Of a stretch of DNA of 64,000 nt, positions 25,553 through 36,500 are shown in pieces. A program made the position numbers and the translations under genes. Under the pieces are notes generated by a model. It was not told the origin of the DNA, made no database searches, and was given only the letters and a program-made list of their open reading frames with translations. Position 1 is the stretch's first letter. The number at the start of each line of letters is the position of its first letter. Source of the stretch: Centroscyllium fabricii (Eukaryota); the NCBI GenBank assembly GCA_051313645.2, contig JBNRSN020000005.1, positions 284,518,001-284,582,000 on the forward strand. Reading direction: 5' to 3'.

Positions 25553-26183
25553 GATTTGAGTACAGGAGTAAGGAGGTGTTGCTACAGTTGTACAGGGCCT
25601 TGGTGAGGCCACACTTGGAGTATTGTGTGCAGTTTTGGTCTCCTAACTTGAGGAAGGACATTCTTGCTATTGAGGGAGTGCAGCGAAGGTTCACTAGATT
25701 GATTCCCGGGATGGCCGGACTGACATATTAAGAAAGACTGGATCAACTGAACTTGTACTCTCTGGAGTTCAGAAGAATGAGGGGGGATCTTATAGAGATG
25801 TTTAAAATACTGACCGGTTTGGACAGGTTAGATGCGGGCGGAATGTTCCCAATGTTGGGAAAGTCCAGAACCAGGGGGCACAGACTAAGGATAAGGGGTA
25901 AGACATTTAGGACCGAGATGAGGAGAAACTTCTTCACCCAGAGAGTGGTGAACCTGTGGAATTCTCTACCACAGAAAGTTGTTGAGGCCAGTTCACTAAA
26001 TATATCAAAAGGGAGTTAGATGTAATACTTACAACTAGGGGGATCAAGGGATATGGCGAGAAAGCAGGAATGGGGTACTGATGTAGCATGTTCAGCCATG
26101 AACGTGTTGAATGGCGGTGCAGGCTCGAAGGGCCAAATGGTCTACTCCTGCACCTATTTTCTATGTTTCTATGTTTCTATGTT
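25553..26183 (+). mobile_element. CR1 LINE 3' fragment
   Basis: RMRGDLIEMFKIL...RTRGHRLRIRG...FFTQRVVNLWNSLP and a ctatgttt repeat tail. Confidence 0.9.
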
Positions 26184-26623
26184 ACATGATGCCGATTGAC
26201 TGCTCCCTTGCTACTCCACAAATTCTACTGCTGGAGGAAATCTCCTGTGTCCATTGATGTGTATAAGCATAGAACACTGATCATCTATGAGTTCTCGAAA
26301 TCCTTCCCTCATGGTTGCCTGTAACCATTCTTGAAGCGAGTTGAAGCTGACCGCGACCATCTTAGAGTTTAGATGCTAAGGCCTCGGCAAAGCAACGGGA
26401 GTATTCTTAAGGGATTGTCCAACTGTGTCTATAGCCTGGAGCTCTCCACTCCAGATACTACTCATCTAACTCTCACCATGTTATCCCTTCTTCACTAGTA
26501 TGTTATACCTCATCCTGTGATTTTACTTCAGCTTCACTGTGATCTTCTTGAGTATGTATATCTGTGCTGGTGTGGTTGGTGGCAGTTGGTGCTCTAGTGA
26601 GGGGTGATCTTTGGGTGCACCTT

Positions 26624-29600
26624 TGTGGTAATCATATTACCATTGTATATAGTTTGGTTACACTACAGACCAGCATGTATAGTGGCTGGGTGCATTGTAT
26701 ATAGTTTTGTATAACAACACTGTCACGAGGTCAGGTCAGCCACACCTCTAACTCCTCCCCTCCGGTGAGCGCCTTATAGGTGAGGTCTGACCTGCCCCCA
26801 TCCATTCTGTACTCAATGTTCGACTGGAGAGTAGCTCCATTGTAAAGTGTATAAAAGCCTCTAGTTAAGGTAACTACTCGTCTTTGTCTCATTGACGATA
26901 CGTCAATTTTATTCACTTTAAATTTTCGAAATGGAGAGCGGCGCTGTGAAACCCGAAAAGCTGGATATTAGTCCACAGGACCCAGATGCCGCCAATACGT
27001 TTGAACATTGGTTCAGCCTTGTCGAGGCTTACATGGCAGCCGCCAAGGTGACGGCCGATGGGAACAAACTCCACGTTCTCTCGTCCAGGATCTCCAGCCG
27101 GGTGTACTCCTTCATCCGCGACGCAAAAACGTACAAAGAGGCCGTGGAGAAACTGAAGGCATGCTACGTGCGCCCGGTCCACTCGGTCTACGCCAGACAC
27201 ATGCTGGCGACCAGACAACAACGGCTCGGTGAATCTAATGAACAATATTTGTTGGCGCTTCAAGCCCTCGCCCGGGCCTGTGACTGCCAGGCACGAACGG
27301 CGCAGGAGGAGATGAATCTTCTCGTTTGAGACACCTACGTGACGGGGATCAGGTCCAGCCAGGCCCGCCAGCGGTTGCTGCAGAAAGAGACTTTATCGTT
27401 GGAAGAGGCGATCTCCATCTCTAACGCGGTGGATGGAGCACGCCGCAGGCTAGAGGCGTATAGCGGCCAAGGCCCACACGCCACCCTCGATTCCTGGGCG
27501 GCCCCACGACAGGTCGAGACCCCCACAACGGCAGCAGAAGCTGAGAAGACGCTGGCGGACAGAAAATGCTACTTCTGCGGCCAGGGACTGCATCCACGAG
27601 CGAAATGCCCCGCGAGGACCGCGACCTGCGAGAAATGCAGTAAAAGGGGACATTACGCCAGGACCTGCAAATCAGCCCCAGCGCCCAGCTCCAGACACAA
27701 CAGCGCGGCCTGCGAGAGCTCCAACGCCATCCCATGGCCTCAGGTAAGCTGCTGTTGCAGCGCGACCCAGCAGCGGTCCGGGGGTAGATTACAAGCGCCC
27801 CCGTCTCCCACCCTGATACGGCAGAGGCCAGCCAAGCACACGGCACGGGCACTGCCATGCCAAAGATGGCCGCGGCCAGCCATGGGCGACCCCCCAACGC
27901 CGGCATCTCGCCCAGCGCGGCCCGCTGCGTGCGAATCACGGGCGCCACCAATTCGGCCACCGCGGCCCGCCGCGTGTGAACCACGGGCACCGCCACCGCG
28001 TCCACAGCGGCCCACCGCGTGCGAATCACGGGCGCCGCCATCTTGTCTTCAGCAGCCAGCCATGTGCGACCCCCCGGCGCTGCCATCCTGTCTTCAGCGG
28101 CCAGCCATGTGCGACCCACTGGTGCCGCCATCTTGTCTTCAGCGGCCAGCCATGTGCGACCCCCCGGTGCCGCCATCTTGTCCACCGCGGTCGGCCGCGT
28201 GCGAATCACGGGCGCCACCATCTTGTGCACGGCCCCAGCTAGCGGAGGGCCCCCACACACGCACACACACTTCGGCCTCAGCCACGGTCGACCAGGCTAG
28301 GCCGCACACCCTATCAAATTCCATGATGGGGATTAAAGTTAACGGCCATATCACCAACTGCCTGTTCGACACCGGAAGCACAGAGAGCTTCATTTACCCC
28401 GAGACAGTGCGGCGCTACGGACTGCAGACCCTGCCCATGCACTACCAAATCTCCCTTGCTTCAAAGTCCCACACGACGGACGTCACCGGCTACTGCTCCG
28501 TCAGGGACTGCGTGTACCGTAATTTAAAACTGTACATACTCCAGCAGTTGTGCGCCCCAGTCTTACTGGGACTGGATTTCCAGTGCCACCTGAAGAGCGT
28601 GACAATGGAGTTCAGCGGGACCCTGCCCCCCCTCGCCGTCAGTAGCCGGGACAATCTCTTCCTAAAGCGGAGCCCGACTTGCGGCCTATCCACCCTGAAA
28701 GTCGACCACCCCTCGCTGTTCGCCAACCTCGACCCCAACTGCAAACCCATTGCTACCAAGAGTCGGCGTTACAGTGCAGGGGACCGGGCATTTATCAGGT
28801 CGGAGGTCGGGCGTATGCTGCAGGAGGGGATAATTGAAGACAGCACTAGCCCCTGGCGGGCCCAGGTCGTAGTGGTTAAGACTGGCGAGAAACTGCGGAT
28901 GGTGATCGACTACAGCCAGACCATTAACCGCTACACCGGGTTCGACGCCTACCCACTTCCCCGCATCTCGGAAATGGTTAACCAGATCGCCCAGTATAAG
29001 GTTTTCTCCACAATCGACCTTAAGTCAACGTATCACCAACTCCCGATCCAGAAAGCCGACCGCCCGTACACCGCCTTCGAGGCGAACGGTCGGCTCTACC
29101 ACTTCCTCCGGGTCCCCTTGGGCGTGACCAACGGAGTGTCGATATTCCAAAGGGAGATGGACCGCATGGTTGACCAGACTGGGTTGCAGGCCACCTTCCC
29201 CTACCTGGACAACGTGACCATCTGCGGCCATGACCAGCAGGACCACGATGCCAACCTGGCAAAATTCCTCCACACAGCGAAACGGCTCGATCTCACGTAC
29301 AATAAAGACAAGTGCGTCTTTAGTACAGATCGGCTCGCCATCCTCGGATACGTAGTGGAAAACGGGGTCCTTGGCCCCGACCCACAGCGTATGCGCCCCT
29401 TACAGGAACTGCCCTTACCTCACAACCCCAAAGCCCTGAAGAGATGTCTGGGATTTTTCTCCTATTGCGCGCAATGGGTTCCCCAGTTCGCGGATAAGGC
29501 CAGACCGCTCCTCAAGGCTGCCGTCTTTCCCCTCTCGGTAGAAGCCCAAACGGCGTTCGCCCGGATCAAGGAAGATATTATCAAGGCGACCATGCACGCC

Positions 29601-31533
29601 GTTGATGAGTCCATCCCCTTCCAGGTGGAGAGTGACGCTTCGGACTTTGCCCTTGCCGCCACACTGAATCAGGCAGGCAGGCCCGTAGCGTTCTTCTCCC
29701 GCACCCTACAGGGACCCAAAACTCGCCACTCTGCAGTGGAAAAGGAGGCCCAGGCCATCGTGGAGGCCGTGCACTACTGGCGTCATTACCTGGCTGGTAA
29801 GCGTTTTACCCTGCTCACCGACCAACGGTCGGTCGCGTTTATGTTTAACAATAAACAAAAGGGTAAAATCAAGAATGATAAGATCCTGCGGTGGCGGATC
29901 GAGCTCTCGACTTACGAGTACGACATTCTTTACCGACCAGGCAAACTCAATGAACCACCGGACGTACTGTCCAGGGGAACGTGCGGCAGTGCCCAGCTAG
30001 ACCGGCTGAAGGAACTCCACGATCGCCTCTGCCACCCGGGTATCACCAGACTTGCCCATTTCGTTAAATCTCGTAGCCTCCCCTACTCCATCACGGAGAT
30101 CAAGGCTATGACCCGAGAGTGCCCTGTTTGCGCCGAGTGCAAACCCCAATTTTAGAGGCCAGACACGGCACACCTCATTAAGGCCACCCGCCCCTTTGAA
30201 CATCTAAGTGTGGACTTCAAAGGCCCCCTCCCCTCCACCGACCGCAACTCGTACTTCCTCACGGTCGTAGACGAGTTCTCCCGCTTCCCCTTTGCCTTCC
30301 CCTGCCCAGATATGATGAGCGCAATGGTGATCAAACACTTCACCACGCTGTTCGCCATTTTCGGTCTCCCCAGCTACATCCATAGCGACCGGGGGTCGTC
30401 GTTCATGAGCGACGAACTGCGTCAGTTTCTGCTTCAGAAAGGGGTTGCCTCAAGCAGTACGATCAGTTACAACCCTCGGGGGAATGGCCAGGTAGAAAGG
30501 GAGAACGGGATCATCTGGAACGCGGTCAGCCTGGCCCTGAAGTCCAGAGGCCTTCCAGTGTCCCGTTGGCAGGCAGTCCTCCCAGACGCGCTCCACACCA
30601 TCCGCTCTCTGCTGTGTACGGCTACCAATGCCACACCTCACGACTTGCTGTTTTCATTCCCCAGGAAGTCGACTTCGGGGACAGCACTCCCACCGTGGCT
30701 CACGATGCCAGGGCCGGTCTTACTTAGAAAACATGTCCGCGGCCATAAGACCGACCCCCTGGTGGAAAAGGTGCAGCTGCTGCACGCCAACCCGCAGTAC
30801 GCCTACATGCAGTTCCCGGACGGGCGCGAGGACACAGTTTCCATCAGGGACCTAGCACCCGCCAGGAGCACCACAGCAGAGCCCCTGGTCAAGCCTCAGC
30901 CCGACCAGCCACCGCCTACCGACCACTGGCCTACACACCAACCACAACCCACCGGATCCTGGCCTATGCACACGCACACACCAGGGCCCCCGACACTACC
31001 AGCTGAGGACCAAGAACCAGACGCCACACCACAGACACAGCTGCCGGAGGACCCGGCCCCACCGCCACAACCGGCACCAACGCCGCTACCAGAACCCCGG
31101 CGGTCCTCAAGGCAGACACGACCGCCGGAGAGACCCATTGTGAACTGTTGAGCTGGACTCATACAATAATATACAATTTTTTTTTCCTTCCCTGCATTAA
31201 CAGGTTCTGTCCATTCACCGCGCCGGACTCAATTTTCAAAGAAGGGGTGAATCTGGTAATCATGATTACCAGTGTAAATAGTTGAGCACACTACAGACCA
31301 GCATGTATAGTGGCTGGGTGCATTGTATATAGTTTTGTATAATGACACTGTCGCGAGGTCAGGTCAGCCACACCTCTAACTCCTCCCCTCAGGTGAGCGC
31401 CTTATAGGTGAGGTCTGACCTGCCCCCATCCATTCTGTACTCAATGTTCGACTGGAGAGTAGCTCCATTGTAAAGTGAATAAAAGCCTCTAGTTAAGGTA
31501 ACTACTCGTCTTTGTCTCATTGACGATACGTCA
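26624..31533 (+). mobile_element. Ty3/Gypsy LTR retrotransposon G1 (PBS-less, YLDN family); LTRs 26624-26905 and 31252-31533
   Basis: Paired 282-bp LTRs, 5-bp TSD ACCTT, PPT aaagaaggggtgaa, and gag-PR-RT-RH-IN domain order. Confidence 0.95.
26931..31151 (+). pseudogene. G1 single-frame gag-pol with two premature stops (27327-27329, 30153-30155)
   Basis: The three ORFs are in one frame. Two CCHC knuckles, LFDTGS protease, RT (YLDN), DAS RNase H, and HHCC plus DDE integrase. Confidence 0.92.
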
Positions 31534-31805
31534 ACCTTATAAACCATTAGCTCCTTGCTCTGAGAGCAGAGTACATGATGTTCAGAGTCTACTAATAACA
31601 TAACTTATCCGAGCCCTACTTCTAACACCTTTCAAAAGTCGCTATATTCTGTTTTTAAAAAATGTAATTGATAGCTATATTATTTCATTATCTCTATTTA
31701 ATGAATTCTATTTATTAAATAATAAGCTAATAAAAACATTTACGAGATTTCAAATTTATTACATTACCCTCGTTGACCCAAATGATAATACCAGCATAAG
31801 ACATA

Positions 31806-33390
31806 GGCCTAGAAATTTGTCTCGGGCGGTGGCGGTATCGGATCGACCATCCATTATACACAGCGCCTGATAGTCAATTCCATTTTTCTTCTTCTTCTTA
31901 GGCAGTCCCTCGGAATCGAGGATGACTTACTTCCACATTAAAAATGACTTCTCAGGTGACTGATGAGTCCCATGCAGAACATACAGTCTCTGTCACAGGT
32001 GGAGCAGACGGTGGTTGAAGAGGCAGGTGAGTGGGGTGCTTGGGTTGATATGTGCTCATGTGCTGCCTGTGCTTGGCTTCCGCTTGCTCCCGGTGAAGAG
32101 ACTCAAGGTGTTCGGCGCCTTCCCAGATGCTTCTCCTCCACTTTGTGCGGTCTTGGGCCAGGGATTCCCAGGTGTCGATGGGGATGTTACACTTTTTCAA
32201 GGAGGCTTTGAGGGTGTCCTTGAAGCATTTCCTCTGTCCACCTGGGGCTCTGTTGCCGTGTTGGAGCTCTGAGTAGAGCACTTGTTTTGGGAGTCTCGTA
32301 TCGGGCACACGTACAATGTGACCCATCCATCGGAGCTGATCGAGCGTGGTCAAAGCTTCGATGCTGGGGATGTTGGCCTGAGCGAGAACACTAACACTGG
32401 TGCGCCTATCCTGCCAATGGATTTGCAGAATCTTGCAGAGGCAGCATTGGTGGTACCTCTCCAGTACTTTGAGGTGCCTGCTCTACATGGTCCATGTCTC
32501 TGAAGCATACAGGAGGGCGGGTATCACTACTGCTCTGTAGACCATGAGCTTAGTGCCGGGTTTGAGGTCCTGGCCTTCAAACACTCTCTTCCTCAGGCGA
32601 CCGAAAGCTGCACTGGCACACTGAAGGCGATGTTGGACTTCGTCGTCGACGTCTGCCCTTGTTGACAGTAGGCTCCCGAGGGATGGAAAGTGGTTCATGT
32701 TGTCCAAGGCCTTGTCATGGACTTTGATAATCGTGGGGCAGTACTGTGTGGCAGGGGCAGGTTGGTGGAGCACCTTTGTCTTACGGATGTTTAGTGTAAG
32801 ACCCATAGTCATGTACGCTTCGCTGAAGGTGTTGATGATGATTTGGAGTTTGACCTCCAAGTGAGCGCAGACACAAGCGTCGTCTGCATACTGTAATTCG
32901 ACAGAGGATGGGACAACCTTGGATCTGGACTGGAGGCGACAGAGGTTGAACAGTTTCCCGTTTGTTCTGTAAATTAGCTCCACTCCAATGGGGAGCTTAC
33001 TGAGGGTGAGATGGATCATTGCAGCAAGGAAGATCGAGAAGAGCGTTGGTGCGACGACACAGCCTTGTTTGACCGCGGTTCGTACGTGAATTGTGTCTGT
33101 GGTAGAACCACTGGTCAGGATCACAGATTGCCTGCCGTCGTGAAGCAGGTGGAGGATGCTGAATAACTTTTGAGGGCAACCGAATTTGAGGAGGACACTC
33201 CATAATCCCTCACGGTTGACAGTGTCGAAGGCCTTTGTGAGATCAAAGAGGGCCATGTACAGCGGTTGGTGCTGTTCCCTGCATTTCTCTTGTAATTGAC
33301 GTGTAGACAATGAAATTGAACATCAGACGCAGCCTAGAACTGGCGGCCGATCTGATACCGCCTGCTTTGTGCCACCGCCCGAAACTGGTT
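31806..33390. mobile_element. Short palindromic MITE split by an RTE LINE
   Basis: Left arm cgggcggtggcggtatcggatcg (about 31820-31850) is complementary to cgatctgataccgcc...gccaccgcccg (about 33348-33381). Confidence 0.55.
31886..33305 (-). mobile_element. RTE-clade LINE, 5'-truncated
   Basis: RQLQEKCREQHQPLYMALFDLTKAFDTV, VKQGCVVAPTLF, LQYADD and LRWMGHIVRVPDTRLPKQVLY, with a gaa repeat 3' tail. Confidence 0.92.
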
Positions 33391-33537
33391 GACAAAGATG
33401 TGTTTGTGTCGACAAAATATGTATTTCAGCCGTCGTCCATTTACAGGACAATTTGTTCCTTTTTAACCAAATATTTAAAATCAGATTTTACAAAGTCATG
33501 TTCCAGGACATTTAGCACTATTAGCTATGATAAACCT

Positions 33538-36500
33538 TGTGGTAACCGTTCTATATCAGTTATACCACTGTATCACCATGGCTAATGATGGGCTGTGCAG
33601 ATGTTAGGCACAGCCCTGTTTACTGTGACTCTGTTGGGAGCCAGGTCAGCCACACCCCCGACTCCTCCCCCAGGTGAGGCCCTGGTATAGGTGTGGTCTG
33701 ACTGAGGCTCCATCCATTCCTGTACAGTAGTTCGTCTGGAGAGTAGCTCCGTTCTTTAGTAATTAAAAGCCTTTAGTTTCGGTAACTACGCGTCGACTCT
33801 TTTAATTGAAGACCTTGACGATACGTCAATTTTAATTACTAAATTATTTTAAAATGGATAGCAGCACAGTTAAACCTGAGAAGCTGGACATCAGTCCCCA
33901 GGACCCTGCTGCTCCCGCTACCTTCGAACACTGGTTCGGCCTTCTGGAGGCCTACATGGAAGCCACCGAGGCTACATCAGACAAGGACATGCTACATGTC
34001 CTGCGATCAAGGATCTCCAGCAGGGTATTCACCCTCGTCAGGAACGCCTCAACCTACGAAAGGACTATACTAATCCTGAAGAAATGTTACGTGCGCCCGG
34101 TCCATTCGGTCTACGCCCGACATGTGCTGGCGACCAGACCTCAGCTACCGGGTGAGTCAAATGAGGAGTTTGAGCAAGCGCTCCTGGCCCTGGTACGGGC
34201 CTGTGGATGCAAAGGCACAACTGTTGCAGAGGAGGAAGAACTCCTCGTTCGGGACGCTTATGTCACAGGACTGAGGTGTGTGGAAGCCCGCCAGCGGCTA
34301 CTAGAGAGAGACAATTTAACCCTCGAGGAGGCGACTACGTTAGCCAAATCGGTAGAGGGGGCCCGTAGCAAGTTACAGGCATACAGCGGCACTAACCCGC
34401 AAGCCTACAACATATGGGCCACGCCACAACAGGCCCAGGCCTGGGCGCCATGGGCCGGGGCACCCACGATGGCCGCGACGGCCACTAAAGACATTAAAGA
34501 CATTAAAAGCAAGCGCTGTTACTTCTGCAGCCAGGGACTGCACCCTAGAGCGAAATGCCCAGCCAGGACAGCGACCTGCGAGAAGTGTGCAAAGAAGGGA
34601 CACTACGCTAAAGCCTGCAGATAAGCTCCAGCAGCGCCCAACTCAAGGTACAACAGTGCAGCCTGTGAGAGCACTGACAGACACCAGGTAAGCTGCAATA
34701 GCAGTGCGATCCAGCGACGGTACGGGGGTAAACAACAAGCGCCCCCATCCCCCACACTGATGCAGCAAAGGCCGGCCAAGCGCGACCCCCCAACGCGGCC
34801 GGCTGCGTGCGAATCACGGGCACCGCCAACCCGATCACCGCGGCCCGCTGCGTGCGAATCACGGGCACCGCCAACCCGATCACCGCGGTTCGCTGCGTGC
34901 GAATCACGGGCGCCGCCAGCGTGTTCACAGGGCCCCACCGCGTGCGTCCCCTCAGAAACGCCATTTTGCAACCAGAGCCCCTCCATGTGCGAGCCAGGGG
35001 CGGCGCCATCTTGTTTACGGGGCCCCACCAGCTGCGGGCCAGGGGCGACGCCATCTTGTATCCAGGGCCCCTCCATGTGCGAGCCAGGGGCGCCGCCATC
35101 TTGTACCCAGGGCCCCTCCATGGGCGAGCCAGGGGCGACGCCATCTTGTGCACAGCCCCGATCAGCAGGGGCTGCGGCAGCTAGAATCAGAGTTAGCCAG
35201 GGCAGGCCCCATACCCTGTCTAACTCAATAATACCGATTAGCATTAATGAGCATACTGTCAACTGCCTTTTCGACACAGGCAGCACTGAGAGTTTCATTC
35301 ACCCTGATACAGTGCGGCGCTGCGGACTGCAGGTCCTGCCCACCAACTACCAAGTCTCCCTAGCTTCACAGTCCCACACCGCGGACGTCACCGGCTACTG
35401 CTCCGTCACGCTCACCGTCAAGGGACGCGTGTACCGTAATTTTAAATTGTATACCCTCCAACAGTTGTGTGCCCCAGCCTTACTAGGTTTGGATTTCCAG
35501 TGCCACTTCAGGAGTGTGACAATGGAGTTCGGCGGGACCTTACCCCCCCTCACCGTCAGTAGCCGGGACAATCTCCTCCCAAAGCGGAGCCCGGCCTGCG
35601 GCCTCTCCACCCTGAAAATCGACCCCCCCTCGCTGTTCGCCAACCTCGATCCGAAGTGCAAACCCATTGCCACTAAGAGTCGGCGGTACAGTGAGGGGGA
35701 TCGCACGTTTATCAGGTCGGAGGTCGGGCGGATGCTGAAGGAGGGGATAATTGAAGCCAGCACCAGCCCCTGGCGTGCCCAAGTTGTAGTGGTGAAGTCT
35801 GGTGAAAAACAGCGGCTGGTTATCGATTACAGCCAGACTATCAACCGCTACACCGGGCTCGACGCCTACCCCCTTCCCCGCATCTCAGAAATGGTCAATC
35901 AGATCGCCCAGTACAAGGTGTTCTCTACGATCGACCTTAAATCGGCGTATCATCAGCTCCCGATTCGGAAAGCTGACCGCCCCTACACCGCCTTCGAGGC
36001 GAACGGTCGGCTCTACCACTTCCTCCGGGTCCCCTTTGGCGTGACCAATGGAGTGTCAGTGTTCCAACGGGAGATGGACCGTATGGATGACCAAAACGAC
36101 TTGCAGGCCACCTTCCCTTACCTGGACAACGTGACCATCTGCGGCCACGACCAGCAGGACCACGATGCCAATCTAGCAAAATTTCTCGCCACGGCGGCTA
36201 AGCTGGATCTCACGTATAACAAAGACAAATGTGTCTTTAATACAGCCCGGCTCGCCATCCTCGGATACGTGATGGAAAACGGGCTCCTCGGCCCCGACCC
36301 ACAGCGTATGCGACCCTTGCAAGAACTGCCCCTACCTCACAACCCCAAAGCCTTGAGGAGATGTCTAGGATTTTTCTCCTATTATGCACAATGGGTCCCA
36401 CAGTTTGCAGATAAGGCTAGACCACTCCTCAAGGCTGCCGTCTTCCCCCTTTCTGTAGAAGCCCAAATGGCATTCGCAGGGATAAAGGAAGATATCAAGG

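Noticed and set aside
27421-28266. Long antisense ORFs with KMAAP repeats (also 34608-35153, 47898-48419, 58458-59249)
   Set aside because: Shadow frames of GC-rich gag repeats; starts and stops are not conserved between copies.
34622-34624. Programmed stop-codon readthrough between gag and pol in G2
   Set aside because: G1 and G4 have TCA (Ser) at this position in an open frame, so the TAA is best explained as a point mutation.
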